Positions 27,004-35,471 of a stretch of 35,471 bases of DNA are shown here, one piece after another. Source of the stretch: Gammaproteobacteria bacterium (GTDB lineage: Bacteria; Pseudomonadota; Gammaproteobacteria; GCA-001735895); contig JBNKUM010000106.1 of the NCBI GenBank assembly GCA_050298595.1, positions 1 through 35,471 of the forward strand. Reading direction: 5' to 3'. Position 1 is the first letter of the stretch, and every line of letters begins with the position of its first letter. The notes under the pieces are model-generated. The model was not told where the DNA came from and ran no database searches. It was given only the letters and a program-made list of their open reading frames with translations. The position numbers and the translations under genes are program-made.

Positions 27004-27282
27004 ATGATCGATTCTTTCAACGCCCGGATAAAGCCTCCCATGATCGGGGGCTTCCATGCTTATTTTGTCTACAGCCTGATTTTTGGCCTCATCAAATTTT
27101 GGCTTGGTATTTTACTGATGAGAGAGGGTATTCCAATCGGCTTGTTTCTTTTCCTCGGGTCGCTCGCTCTTTTGAGTTTCGGTATTTATGTTCTAAGAAA
27201 CGCATCTGACTGGCTGATGCTCGCAGCCTTCAGATCCTCGTCTGATGAATCTAAAGCAAGGATTAACCTTATAGAGAATTAA
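27004..27282 (+). CDS. VirB3-like membrane protein
   Basis: KPPMIGG motif; two TM helices; sits between the pilin and VirB4. Confidence 0.7.
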   Translation: MIDSFNARIKPPMIGGFHAYFVYSLIFGLIKFWLGILLMREGIPIGLFLFLGSLALLSFGIYVLRNASDWLMLAAFRSSSDESKARINLIEN

Positions 27283-27283
27283 A

Positions 27284-29629
27284 ATGTTATACCATGAATA
27301 TTACACATGGCAGTGTTGCACCGATGACTACGTTATCGGACATTCCGACGGAACTTGCTCGCTAGCTTTCACCTGGACCGGATTAGACCATAAGTTATTC
27401 AACGAAGCGGACTATGATGGAACCATCAAAAATAGACTTAATCTGCTAAACCGTTTATCAAATACAGGCTTAACTGTCGAAAACCATTGGTTTAGATCCC
27501 ATGATGAAAGCATGATCGATGCTTATTTAGCAAAAAACAAAGATATCGTTCGCGGCCATGATTTAGCGATTAAAGTACGCGAAGAAATGGCTGAACACTA
27601 TCGCCCACTCGCCATGAACAACCGGGTGATAACAATATTTACTCTCTCACCTGGATCTGCAAGCAGAAAGCTTTCATCCATTTTCCAGTCTAAGACAAAT
27701 AAAAAAGTTAGTCTTTGGGAAACGCTTTCTTTGCAACTCCATATTTTAGTGGGTGAATTTAAAAATGATTTTCCAGGCATGAAGCTTTTAAACAAAGACG
27801 AGGCTTTCAGTCTGTTAAGTAATTCTTACAGTCTAAACAAAAGCACCACCTCTTACGATTCGCGCTATGACATGAGCGAGCAGCTTGTTATTAATAAGCC
27901 AGAGCTTTCTGGTCAATGCCTTTTTCATAATGGCAAATACATAAAGTATGCTCTGATTCAAAAATACCCAACACTTACTTATGACTGGATGCTAAATTTC
28001 AGTAGCCAAAACTGTGATACTCATATTTCCCAAGTATTGCGCGGTGTTGATAGACAAAAAGCCCTGCGCAAATCTACCGAGCAATCCGATACCGACGAGC
28101 GTACAACGGGAGGAAAAGATACAGAGCTTCTTGTCAAGGATCTGGATGATGCACAGAGTTATAGAAGTTATATCGCTCAATATAATCTCTCAGTATTCAG
28201 TAATGCATTTATCATTTCTTTTATCTCTGATGACAAAGACACTGCGCTAGAGCATTGCTCAAATTTTACTAAGGTTATCGGCGACGAAGGCGGTCTGGCC
28301 AGAGTCGAGCCTGAACTTCAGATGCACTTGCATAGAGTTTCACAACCAGGTCTCGGTCATCACTCTCAGTTCAGGCGTGAAGACCATTCTGCATCAATTG
28401 CCTGCATGCTCCCCTGGACTGTCTTTTCATCGGGAAATCCAAATCCTGAATCTATTCGCTTATCTTCCGATTACCAGGTTATCGGTTATAGTCCAACTCA
28501 GCTCCAGGTAGGTCATGAAATTAACTTTGGTAAGACAGGAGGTGGCAAGGATACCCACGGCGGGACAGAGGTTGCTGAAACGTATCCTCTGGGTTTCGAT
28601 TATTACATTTTAGAGTTCGGCGACTCATACAAATGGGTGGTGCAGGGCTACGGTGGTACTTACTCAACCATCGACCCTGACAGCGTCATCATCAATCCCT
28701 TGCCAGACTATACCGATGCCAGGGGTGGTGTGTTGCCGTCTCAAATATCATCCGGCACTGCTCAAGGTCTGGCTATCATACTACTTGATGATGCAAGGGA
28801 TCTTACTAGGGCGGAGGAATCGGCAACTGAGAGAGCGCTGGGTATACTCTACAGCAACCCAGACCCATCTAAAGCAGCGCCAACCCTCCCTGATCTACTC
28901 GACTCTTTCAGACGTGCTGAATATATCAATAGTTCACAAAGTGATGCAGCAGCAATCATGTCAAATAACCTTGAAAATTTTCTCGACGGTAGCAGCGGCA
29001 GGGCTTTCAAAGGTCAGGATAATTTATCACTTAGCGATGGCATAACAGGCATTGACTTGGTCAAGGTTGATAAAAAAATGCTCAAGTTTTATCTAACTTT
29101 TATATGTTTGCGATTCGCTCAGAAGGCTTTTTTTAATTTAGAGCAACACACAAAAATCATTCTCAATGAATTGCATGTGGCCATTGATGTTGCGCCTGAA
29201 GTCGTAAAACATTTAATACGAACAATTAACCGAATGGGTCGAAAGGAGGGTAGTTTCATCATGCTAACTACTCAGGGCATGAACGAGATACATGCCATTG
29301 ATTCGGAGATTGTCACATCTTCACCCATCAGAACTTTGCAAGTCCGTACGGACAGCTGGCAGGACATTGGCACCTTATTGGATATGCCGTCTAAAGCGAT
29401 TGATATCTGGTCACAATACAATCAGGACACGGATAACATGAATTTTCGCCAGTGTATGCGGAAGCTTTACGGACAGTGGTTTGACCTCTATATGACGTTC
29501 CCGCCGTTTTTACTGGATATCACATCAACCAGCCGCAATGACAGATTGCTTAAACACAAAGTTGAAAGGGATCACACAGATATTTTTAGTCGCATAAATG
29601 AATTAAGAAAATTAAGGAGTCAGCAATGA
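27284..29629 (+). CDS. VirB4-family ATPase
   Basis: 781 aa; DGT.S....W.G.D N-terminus; G.TGGGK, E.G.SY, INP, PTL.DL and R.GRK.G.....TQ motifs. Confidence 0.88.
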   Translation: MLYHEYYTWQCCTDDYVIGHSDGTCSLAFTWTGLDHKLFNEADYDGTIKNRLNLLNRLSNTGLTVENHWFRSHDESMIDAYLAKNKDIVRGHDLAIKVREEMAEHYRPLAMNNRVITIFTLSPGSASRKLSSIFQSKTNKKVSLWETLSLQLHILVGEFKNDFPGMKLLNKDEAFSLLSNSYSLNKSTTSYDSRYDMSEQLVINKPELSGQCLFHNGKYIKYALIQKYPTLTYDWMLNFSSQNCDTHISQVLRGVDRQKALRKSTEQSDTDERTTGGKDTELLVKDLDDAQSYRSYIAQYNLSVFSNAFIISFISDDKDTALEHCSNFTKVIGDEGGLARVEPELQMHLHRVSQPGLGHHSQFRREDHSASIACMLPWTVFSSGNPNPESIRLSSDYQVIGYSPTQLQVGHEINFGKTGGGKDTHGGTEVAETYPLGFDYYILEFGDSYKWVVQGYGGTYSTIDPDSVIINPLPDYTDARGGVLPSQISSGTAQGLAIILLDDARDLTRAEESATERALGILYSNPDPSKAAPTLPDLLDSFRRAEYINSSQSDAAAIMSNNLENFLDGSSGRAFKGQDNLSLSDGITGIDLVKVDKKMLKFYLTFICLRFAQKAFFNLEQHTKIILNELHVAIDVAPEVVKHLIRTINRMGRKEGSFIMLTTQGMNEIHAIDSEIVTSSPIRTLQVRTDSWQDIGTLLDMPSKAIDIWSQYNQDTDNMNFRQCMRKLYGQWFDLYMTFPPFLLDITSTSRNDRLLKHKVERDHTDIFSRINELRKLRSQQ

Positions 29630-30279
29630 AAAAGGTATTATTTTTACTACTCGTAACAACCAGCTTTAATGCATCATCACAAGCCACAGATGCGGGTTCC
29701 ACGATGAAACTCTCCGCCATACTTGCGCAACTGAAAGAAGAATACAAAGGCATTATGGATCAGTTGGAGGAAGCCAAAGCAGCCAGCGAAACAATGACGG
29801 AGATTAACAAGATATCTGGTGAAATCTATGAGGAATATAAATTTATTAATGATTTCAGTATTGACAATGAAATCCGCATGATAACCAATGACATCAAAGG
29901 TTTATCAGGTCTTGGCGGTTGGAGTGAGACCGACGACGAAGGAAAATTCAGGTTACTCAGAGCTGAAATTGACCGCCGCTTTGAAGATAATCCAGAGAAG
30001 AAAAAAGACTTACTTAACCAGGTCAGTGAAATGGAGCGGCTGGAGGCCCTGAAACAAAAGAAACTTGAAGAAGCCGCGCAAGCTGGTAATGGATCGATGA
30101 ACGACAAAAATCTCAACTCATCTATTGCCTCTTCCAACGCTCTTTTGTCTGCTATTGCATTATCCGAAGAACAACAAAAAATTCAGGATCAAATGAAAAA
30201 GGAGGGATCGGCCCAGGATGCTAAAGCTTACGAGGATAGCTTTATTGAATTCCTCGATAAAAGCAAAACAAACAAATAG
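29626..30279 (+). CDS. VirB5-like secreted helical protein
   Basis: Signal peptide; coiled-coil content; position between VirB4 and VirB6. Confidence 0.6.
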   Translation: MKKVLFLLLVTTSFNASSQATDAGSTMKLSAILAQLKEEYKGIMDQLEEAKAASETMTEINKISGEIYEEYKFINDFSIDNEIRMITNDIKGLSGLGGWSETDDEGKFRLLRAEIDRRFEDNPEKKKDLLNQVSEMERLEALKQKKLEEAAQAGNGSMNDKNLNSSIASSNALLSAIALSEEQQKIQDQMKKEGSAQDAKAYEDSFIEFLDKSKTNK

Positions 30280-30288
30280 GAGACTAAA

Positions 30289-31359
30289 ATGGATTCTAAC
30301 CCTTTTGGATTTGACATTAATAATTTTACTGGCGTTCTAAACCCTTTCCCTATTTATGATGCTGTTGGCACTGCCGCCGGTATCTGGTCAGTCATATTAC
30401 CTTTCATGCTGTCCCTGGTATTTACAATCAGATACTTTTCTGAGTCTGCCCGGAATTTAACAGGAAACGCTCGATTTGCTGAAGCTGGCGGGGAGCTCTT
30501 GAATGAAACTGTAATTGCGTTTGCTTACTCCTTCGGTGGTTTTCTGATATTAAAGTTTCTGATTGCATTATCAGGTTACTTTTATACATTCGGCTCATTT
30601 TCTGTTATCGCTAAGGACTTCGGACAATTAATTGCAGACCTGAAAGCTAGGCAAAGTGGTTATGACACTGATTTCGTTACAAACTTCCTTGATATTTTGT
30701 CATCGGCAACCATGCCTTTTACCTATTTGTTTTTCCTGATTACGTCCTCTTTATTTGTGCTAATTCATTCTCTCACCAGATTTATTTACGCATTATATTT
30801 CTCAATCATCTATCTCTGGGGGTTTGTTGCAATCCCTACTGGTGCATTGGGATCCATGTCCCTGAAGCAGGGGTGGATAAAGTCATTTATGATTTTAGGT
30901 ATATGGCCCATTCTTGAAGCAACTTTATATTTTTTCATGAAATTTGTGATTGCTGACGTATCCAAAAAAGCGTTGTCCGCTTACGCAGGCGCAGACGTTG
31001 CTCAATTCTCTGCGTTGCACGGTCTTATGGGTTCTGTATGCCTGGTCTTGATAATTATTACATTGGCAGCCCCTTATATGGCAATCCGTATTGGATCAAA
31101 TCAGGAGTCGCTATCTGGACTGATGACACCTGCTGTTGCTACAGCAGCTTTTGTGTATCAACTAACCACTAACAAAACGAAACAAATGGGTGGTTCCATG
31201 CTCCCTAATCCTAAGGGTGACCGGAACAGAGATAAGGTAATGGGCGGGTTACAAAATTTTAATTCAGGCGCAATTCCCGCTGTCGGCAGGGCGGTTTCGA
31301 GTGGCGCGCGTGGACTAGGGAATGCTGTTTCTAATGCCCTAAAAAAATCTTCTAATTAA
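30289..31359 (+). CDS. VirB6-like polytopic membrane protein
   Basis: At least five TM helices; Gly/Ala-rich basic tail. Confidence 0.75.
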   Translation: MDSNPFGFDINNFTGVLNPFPIYDAVGTAAGIWSVILPFMLSLVFTIRYFSESARNLTGNARFAEAGGELLNETVIAFAYSFGGFLILKFLIALSGYFYTFGSFSVIAKDFGQLIADLKARQSGYDTDFVTNFLDILSSATMPFTYLFFLITSSLFVLIHSLTRFIYALYFSIIYLWGFVAIPTGALGSMSLKQGWIKSFMILGIWPILEATLYFFMKFVIADVSKKALSAYAGADVAQFSALHGLMGSVCLVLIIITLAAPYMAIRIGSNQESLSGLMTPAVATAAFVYQLTTNKTKQMGGSMLPNPKGDRNRDKVMGGLQNFNSGAIPAVGRAVSSGARGLGNAVSNALKKSSN

Positions 31360-31377
31360 TAATCCAGGTCTTTAAAC

Positions 31378-32004
31378 ATGACTGATACAATCGCATTAGC
31401 TGAACCAGAATCCATCCATGTCAAACCGGAAGTATCACCACAGGCGCGGCGTGAGCGTTTGCTTGAACGCCGCGTTAACTGGCTATTGATTTTTGTCGGT
31501 ATCCAATTCCTCGGTATCATCCTGCTTTCTTTTACTTTTGTGTACCGCCCTCAAACTCCAATTGTCATCGATAGAGAAACGGGCCAAATTGTCGGTGACT
31601 ACCGGACATCAACATTCCGCACTCAAGAAGAAATGATTAACGGCGGCTATCGGTTTGTTGACCATTTACTATCACTGAATAGTTCGACTTTTAGGAGAGA
31701 TCAGTTTATAGCCATGACCATGATGTCAGACTCACTCCGTTCAAAGCGGGTCGAGTGGCTTGAAAAAACTAATTTGATACCTAAGGTTGAGAGCGCTAAT
31801 TCAACTTCGCATCTCGAATACGAAAAACCTGTTGTTATTTTCGCTAAAGGCGACATGCTGCGAGTTGAGTTCAAAGGTAAAATAATCCTGACTAACCTGA
31901 AAAAGCCGGGATCTCCTTTTCACATAATTGTCGATCTTGTCAATACAATAATCACCAAGGAAAACACTTCTGGCGTTAAAGTGGAGGCTTACAATGACTT
32001 CTAG
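31378..32004 (+). CDS. VirB8-like protein
   Basis: Single TM helix, P.VID..TG motif, and C-terminal T.EN.SG..V motif typical of VirB8/TraE-like folds. Confidence 0.75.
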   Translation: MTDTIALAEPESIHVKPEVSPQARRERLLERRVNWLLIFVGIQFLGIILLSFTFVYRPQTPIVIDRETGQIVGDYRTSTFRTQEEMINGGYRFVDHLLSLNSSTFRRDQFIAMTMMSDSLRSKRVEWLEKTNLIPKVESANSTSHLEYEKPVVIFAKGDMLRVEFKGKIILTNLKKPGSPFHIIVDLVNTIITKENTSGVKVEAYNDF

Positions 32005-32911
32005 ATACCTACTTACCTTTTTGTTCTTTGCTCTGTTTACAGTCCCCTCGCTGGCGGTGACTAGCACAGATCCTCTCAGTCCAAAGACTCGGACCATAGA
32101 AATAAAACCCGTCACTGAAGCTGTCATTGATGTATTGCCCGGACGCGCAGTGCAATTTATTTTTCCCTGGGTTTTAGACGATGATGATGAAAACCTTCCT
32201 TTTATGTACACGCTGTCTAACGATGTTTATTTCAATAAGCCGATAGTCAAGAAAGGTCAGAACGTACTTGCTGTAACTTACAAGACTATTACTAAAAAAA
32301 TGGACGGAGAAGTTACTGACCTGTTGATTAGCTCCCACGGCTACCATTTTTCTTTCACTCTTAAAGCTAACTTCAAACCTAGTAAGCATTATTCCACTAT
32401 CGTGCTGAAGCTCTCTGATTCAGAGCGACTGGCTCTGATCGATAATGAATACAAAAAGGTGCGCGAACAACTGATAGCTGAAAAAGCAAGACTTGAATCC
32501 GAAATCAATGACAGGGCCAGTCTTCAGGCGCTGGCCCTGGTAGGTGGACTTTCGTTAAAAGATCCTGACAGCACAGGAGTTAAAGAAGAAAAGGCGGTTA
32601 CCTTGCCTAACGGCGATAAGGTAGTTGGATACGTTGATGGTTACGACAACTTTGGTTCATTCACTAATTTCAGAGTCGAGCTTGACAACGACAGTAAGTC
32701 TCCTGTGTACATCAAGGACGTTCTCCTCGGCAGTAAGGACAACTCAGGGAATAAAAAACTCTTTCCTTCAGCTTTTCTTTTCCCTCCCAAACTGAAACCG
32801 GGTGAAGTTGTGAAAGGAACTGTTTCCACACTTAATTTTATTGAGAACGATGACGGCGACAACTTCGTGTTGTTCTCAACAGACCAGGGCGACATAGAGG
32901 TTGATTTCTAA
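31994..32911 (+). CDS. VirB9-like core-complex protein
   Basis: Signal peptide; beta-rich N- and C-domains joined by a coiled coil; I.V.PG....F.FP and L.PGE motifs. Confidence 0.65.
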   Translation: MTSRYLLTFLFFALFTVPSLAVTSTDPLSPKTRTIEIKPVTEAVIDVLPGRAVQFIFPWVLDDDDENLPFMYTLSNDVYFNKPIVKKGQNVLAVTYKTITKKMDGEVTDLLISSHGYHFSFTLKANFKPSKHYSTIVLKLSDSERLALIDNEYKKVREQLIAEKARLESEINDRASLQALALVGGLSLKDPDSTGVKEEKAVTLPNGDKVVGYVDGYDNFGSFTNFRVELDNDSKSPVYIKDVLLGSKDNSGNKKLFPSAFLFPPKLKPGEVVKGTVSTLNFIENDDGDNFVLFSTDQGDIEVDF

Positions 32912-34071
32912 TGAAATATTTTCCAGCCATGCTTATTCTGCTGCCTGCTATCGCACACAGCCAAACTACCATCACCCGCGATGAATTTGAAAACCGCATT
33001 AACAGAGCCGCAGCCGATCAAAATTACCGTGATGGCTTGTTAAGGAGCGACGAACTGGACACTCTTTTATTTGCCCCTTCATCTGCATCAGAGGGTAAAA
33101 AAAACATTAACAGCAAGGACCCTGCTAAAGGCCCTAATGGCGGGATTGGAGGATCTAGCGAATCTGGATCTAACGACACAGGTAATGGCGCTGGTCAACC
33201 ACATCAGCCGCCAGGCACCGGCAGTGAGGGAGGGTCGCCTGATCCAGGTTCCAGTTCCAACAACGCCAATGCCTCTGCGGGTCTTACTCCTAGCCCTGAA
33301 GCCAAGGCGGCAGGAGAAAAAGAGGTGGAGGCCAAATCACAGGAAGAAGCTAAGGCAGCAACTGAAAAAAAAGCAGTGGAGGCTAAAGCCGCTGCTGCTC
33401 GCGCTAAGAACAAGTCTTCTATTTTAGGGACAAATTCAGAATCACACACTTCATCAAGTGAGAAAAACACTGGCGATTATTATTTCCCGTCTGGTATGTC
33501 GGTGGAAAAAAAATCAACCATTAGTCCTGTTGCTTTTACTTTTGATGAAAACAGAACCGTATTTGGTATCTCTTTAGGCACTTCCATTCCTGTACGCCTG
33601 CGCCGCACTTCCACAAATGTCCAACCAGGCTATATTGAGCTTGTCGTTACCGCTGACGTTGCTGGCCGTAAAAAAACATTACCTGCTGATTCGATTCTTT
33701 TTGCTATTTCCAGCGTCGTTAAGGGGTCTTCACGCCTTTATCTGAACAGCGTCAAGGGCGTTACCCCAGGCGGGGAGGAATTTGTTCTAAAAGGCCATAT
33801 AAGCGATCACTTTAATACTGCTGGTCTTTCAGGTGTGATTAAGTCCGACGGTCGCGCTGTTTCTCGTTCGCTCTCGCAAGGTGGGCTGGCATTAAGCCGG
33901 TCCCTTGCGTCAGAAATTGGCGGTGATGCTCTTGCCACTGGTGCCAATGCTGTGGCTAGCCAGCTTATCCAAGAAGGTTCTGAAAAAACATCAGCTAATC
34001 TAGACCGAGCTGCCTTTATAGTTTCTGCTAATCCACAACAAGGCGTGCTAACTGTGGAGGAAACATTTTGA
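32911..34071 (+). CDS. VirB10/TrbI-like protein
   Basis: Low-complexity linker followed by I..GT.IP..L, LP..S.L, RLYL and D....AGL.G motifs plus a Gly/Ala-rich helical hairpin. Confidence 0.75.
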   Translation: MKYFPAMLILLPAIAHSQTTITRDEFENRINRAAADQNYRDGLLRSDELDTLLFAPSSASEGKKNINSKDPAKGPNGGIGGSSESGSNDTGNGAGQPHQPPGTGSEGGSPDPGSSSNNANASAGLTPSPEAKAAGEKEVEAKSQEEAKAATEKKAVEAKAAAARAKNKSSILGTNSESHTSSSEKNTGDYYFPSGMSVEKKSTISPVAFTFDENRTVFGISLGTSIPVRLRRTSTNVQPGYIELVVTADVAGRKKTLPADSILFAISSVVKGSSRLYLNSVKGVTPGGEEFVLKGHISDHFNTAGLSGVIKSDGRAVSRSLSQGGLALSRSLASEIGGDALATGANAVASQLIQEGSEKTSANLDRAAFIVSANPQQGVLTVEETF

Positions 34072-34412
34072 ACGCTGATCAATTTTCTCGCCTTGAGCCT
34101 TTTTTATATCGACTCGGTGATAAGTCTATCATCGTGGTTTACTTGCTAACATTTCTGAAGCCGAGCGAAATCAAAGAAATTGACTGCGGATGGCTTGCCT
34201 CACACCGCTCGGGCATTCCTTTTCTTGATTCAACAATTGACAACTTTCTATTACAGATCGATGAGAGTAGGGGCCGGTGTTTTTCATTTCGTGGCGGCCG
34301 GCCTTATTCGTTCAAAGATATTGAGAAAATTCTTGTTAGATCCTTTTCTTCTAGTGACATCGAATATGTGAATATAGCCAGCTTTAAATCTTATATTGTG
34401 GCGGGGCAATAG
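34068..34412 (+). CDS. Hypothetical protein resembling a degenerate tyrosine-recombinase fragment
   Basis: TTGA overlap with the virB10-like gene; LLTFLKPSEI and FSFRGGRPYS segments. Confidence 0.6.
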   Translation: MNADQFSRLEPFLYRLGDKSIIVVYLLTFLKPSEIKEIDCGWLASHRSGIPFLDSTIDNFLLQIDESRGRCFSFRGGRPYSFKDIEKILVRSFSSSDIEYVNIASFKSYIVAGQ

Positions 34413-34503
34413 GGGAATATTATGTCTCTCCTCTTGCCTCACTTTGTGCTCTGTTTCCCTTTCCCCACTCTGCGAATGATGTTTTTGTTTGGCTGCAACT
34501 GGT

Positions 34504-34614
34504 TTAGCATCTTAAGAAAAATGTAATTAGAACGGCAAGTACGACAGTACTGCACAGCAGAATCATTATCATCAATGAATCTTTGACCGCTAAATACAAG
34601 TTTCTCAGTTTCAT
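34504..34614 (-). CDS. Small single-TM peptide
   Basis: GAGGT RBS before ATG 34614 within ORF 34504-34749; hydrophobic 36-aa product. Confidence 0.45.
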   Translation of the reverse strand: MKLRNLYLAVKDSLMIMILLCSTVVLAVLITFFLRC

Positions 34615-34823
34615 GGTTACCTCAATTAATTTAGCTTGAAGTGACCAATGTACACGATTTTTTAATAATGCAAGTTCAGGTGGAAATGCGATTATTTCTT
34701 CCCTATAGCCCTTCCCTGGGTTCAGTAATTGATAACTAATGAATCTCACTGCTTGGTGCAGACATATATAAATCTTATAAAAATCTGGCAGACATAATTT
34801 CTTGGGCCTGCCAGACCTGATAG

Positions 34824-35009
34824 TTAGTTATCTACCCAATACCAACCCATAAACCACATATTACTGAGAATTTCATAGTCAATAAAACTGACTTCTGACT
34901 CATTATTGATCGTGATCATATGACCATGAATGCCTGATGCATTGACGGCCTCCTTTCCAACATTAATTTTATCAGCGCCGTTGGTGAGCACTTTCTTGAT
35001 TTTTAACAT
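34824..35009 (-). CDS. Small hypothetical protein
   Basis: AGAGGT RBS; 61 aa. Confidence 0.55.
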   Translation of the reverse strand: MLKIKKVLTNGADKINVGKEAVNASGIHGHMITINNESEVSFIDYEILSNMWFMGWYWVDN

Positions 35010-35074
35010 TTTTTACCTCTTGTTATGACACAGTTTTTTAAGGTGTCATTAGTATTTATATTATTTATTCAATC

Positions 35075-35471
35075 ACTAGGTGCGCGATCCCTTCGGGCGT
35101 TCATCTACAGGTTCCGCATTCGCTGCATCACTCCACTGCGTTCCGTGACAGGCCTTTCGAATCACTATCGTCTGCGCGCTCTGCTTGCTCCTTCCCTGGC
35201 GCAGGAATTGACTGTTTCGCTTTCGCTGCACAGACAATAAACCTCCTGCTATTGCGCGTACTCGTCCATGAGAACGCGCTTAAACCCGCTTATTAGATAG
35301 GCTAAGGGCTCTGCCCTGGCGCAAGTCTATAGTTCGCTCCGCCAAATACTCACCCGTTCAGACTCCTTCGTCGCTTAGCTGCGGCTTCCGTGTTTGCTAT
35401 TGCCCTTTGCCTCCCGGTCTTGCTTGCGACGCCGCGAGAGCATCAGGTGCGAGGCACTGACGCTTCGCTTA
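35075..35471. other. GC-rich, highly structured non-coding element (continues through the junction to ~166)
   Basis: Multiple nested inverted repeats and mini-hairpin loops; abrupt GC rise at ~35078. Confidence 0.65.
35331..35471. repeat. Terminal direct repeat, copy 2
   Basis: Identical to 1-141. Confidence 0.97.

Noticed and set aside
35025-35240. 71-aa ORF
   Set aside because: No RBS, Arg/Ser/Leu-biased composition, and it overlaps the structured non-coding element.

Overview
The window is a complete circular conjugative plasmid of about 35,330 bp (bases 1-141 recur exactly at 35331-35471), probably from a gammaproteobacterium. The backbone has a TrfA-family initiator with an iteron/DnaA-box origin, a YefM-YoeB toxin-antitoxin pair that reads directly into the rep gene, ParA/ParB, a Toprim protein and a ResD-like tyrosine recombinase. 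Transfer functions are a MOBF module (oriT, accessory protein, TrwB/TraD-type coupling protein, TrwC-type relaxase-helicase) and a divergent VirB2-3-4-5-6-8-9-10-like T4SS with no recognisable VirB1, VirB7 or VirB11. The most unusual locus is a tightly packed five-gene operon at 8711-15428: a KorA/TrfB-like repressor, a small outer-membrane beta-barrel, a 988-aa Ig-like lipoprotein, a VbhA-like antitoxin lacking the inhibitory Glu, and an 878-aa repeat-containing Fic protein with a C-terminal membrane anchor that lacks the matching Arg. Also notable are a ~420-nt highly structured non-coding region spanning the circle junction and a phage-like four-operator divergent switch in front of unknown small ORFs. 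All family calls come from motif recognition by eye; no database searches were run.
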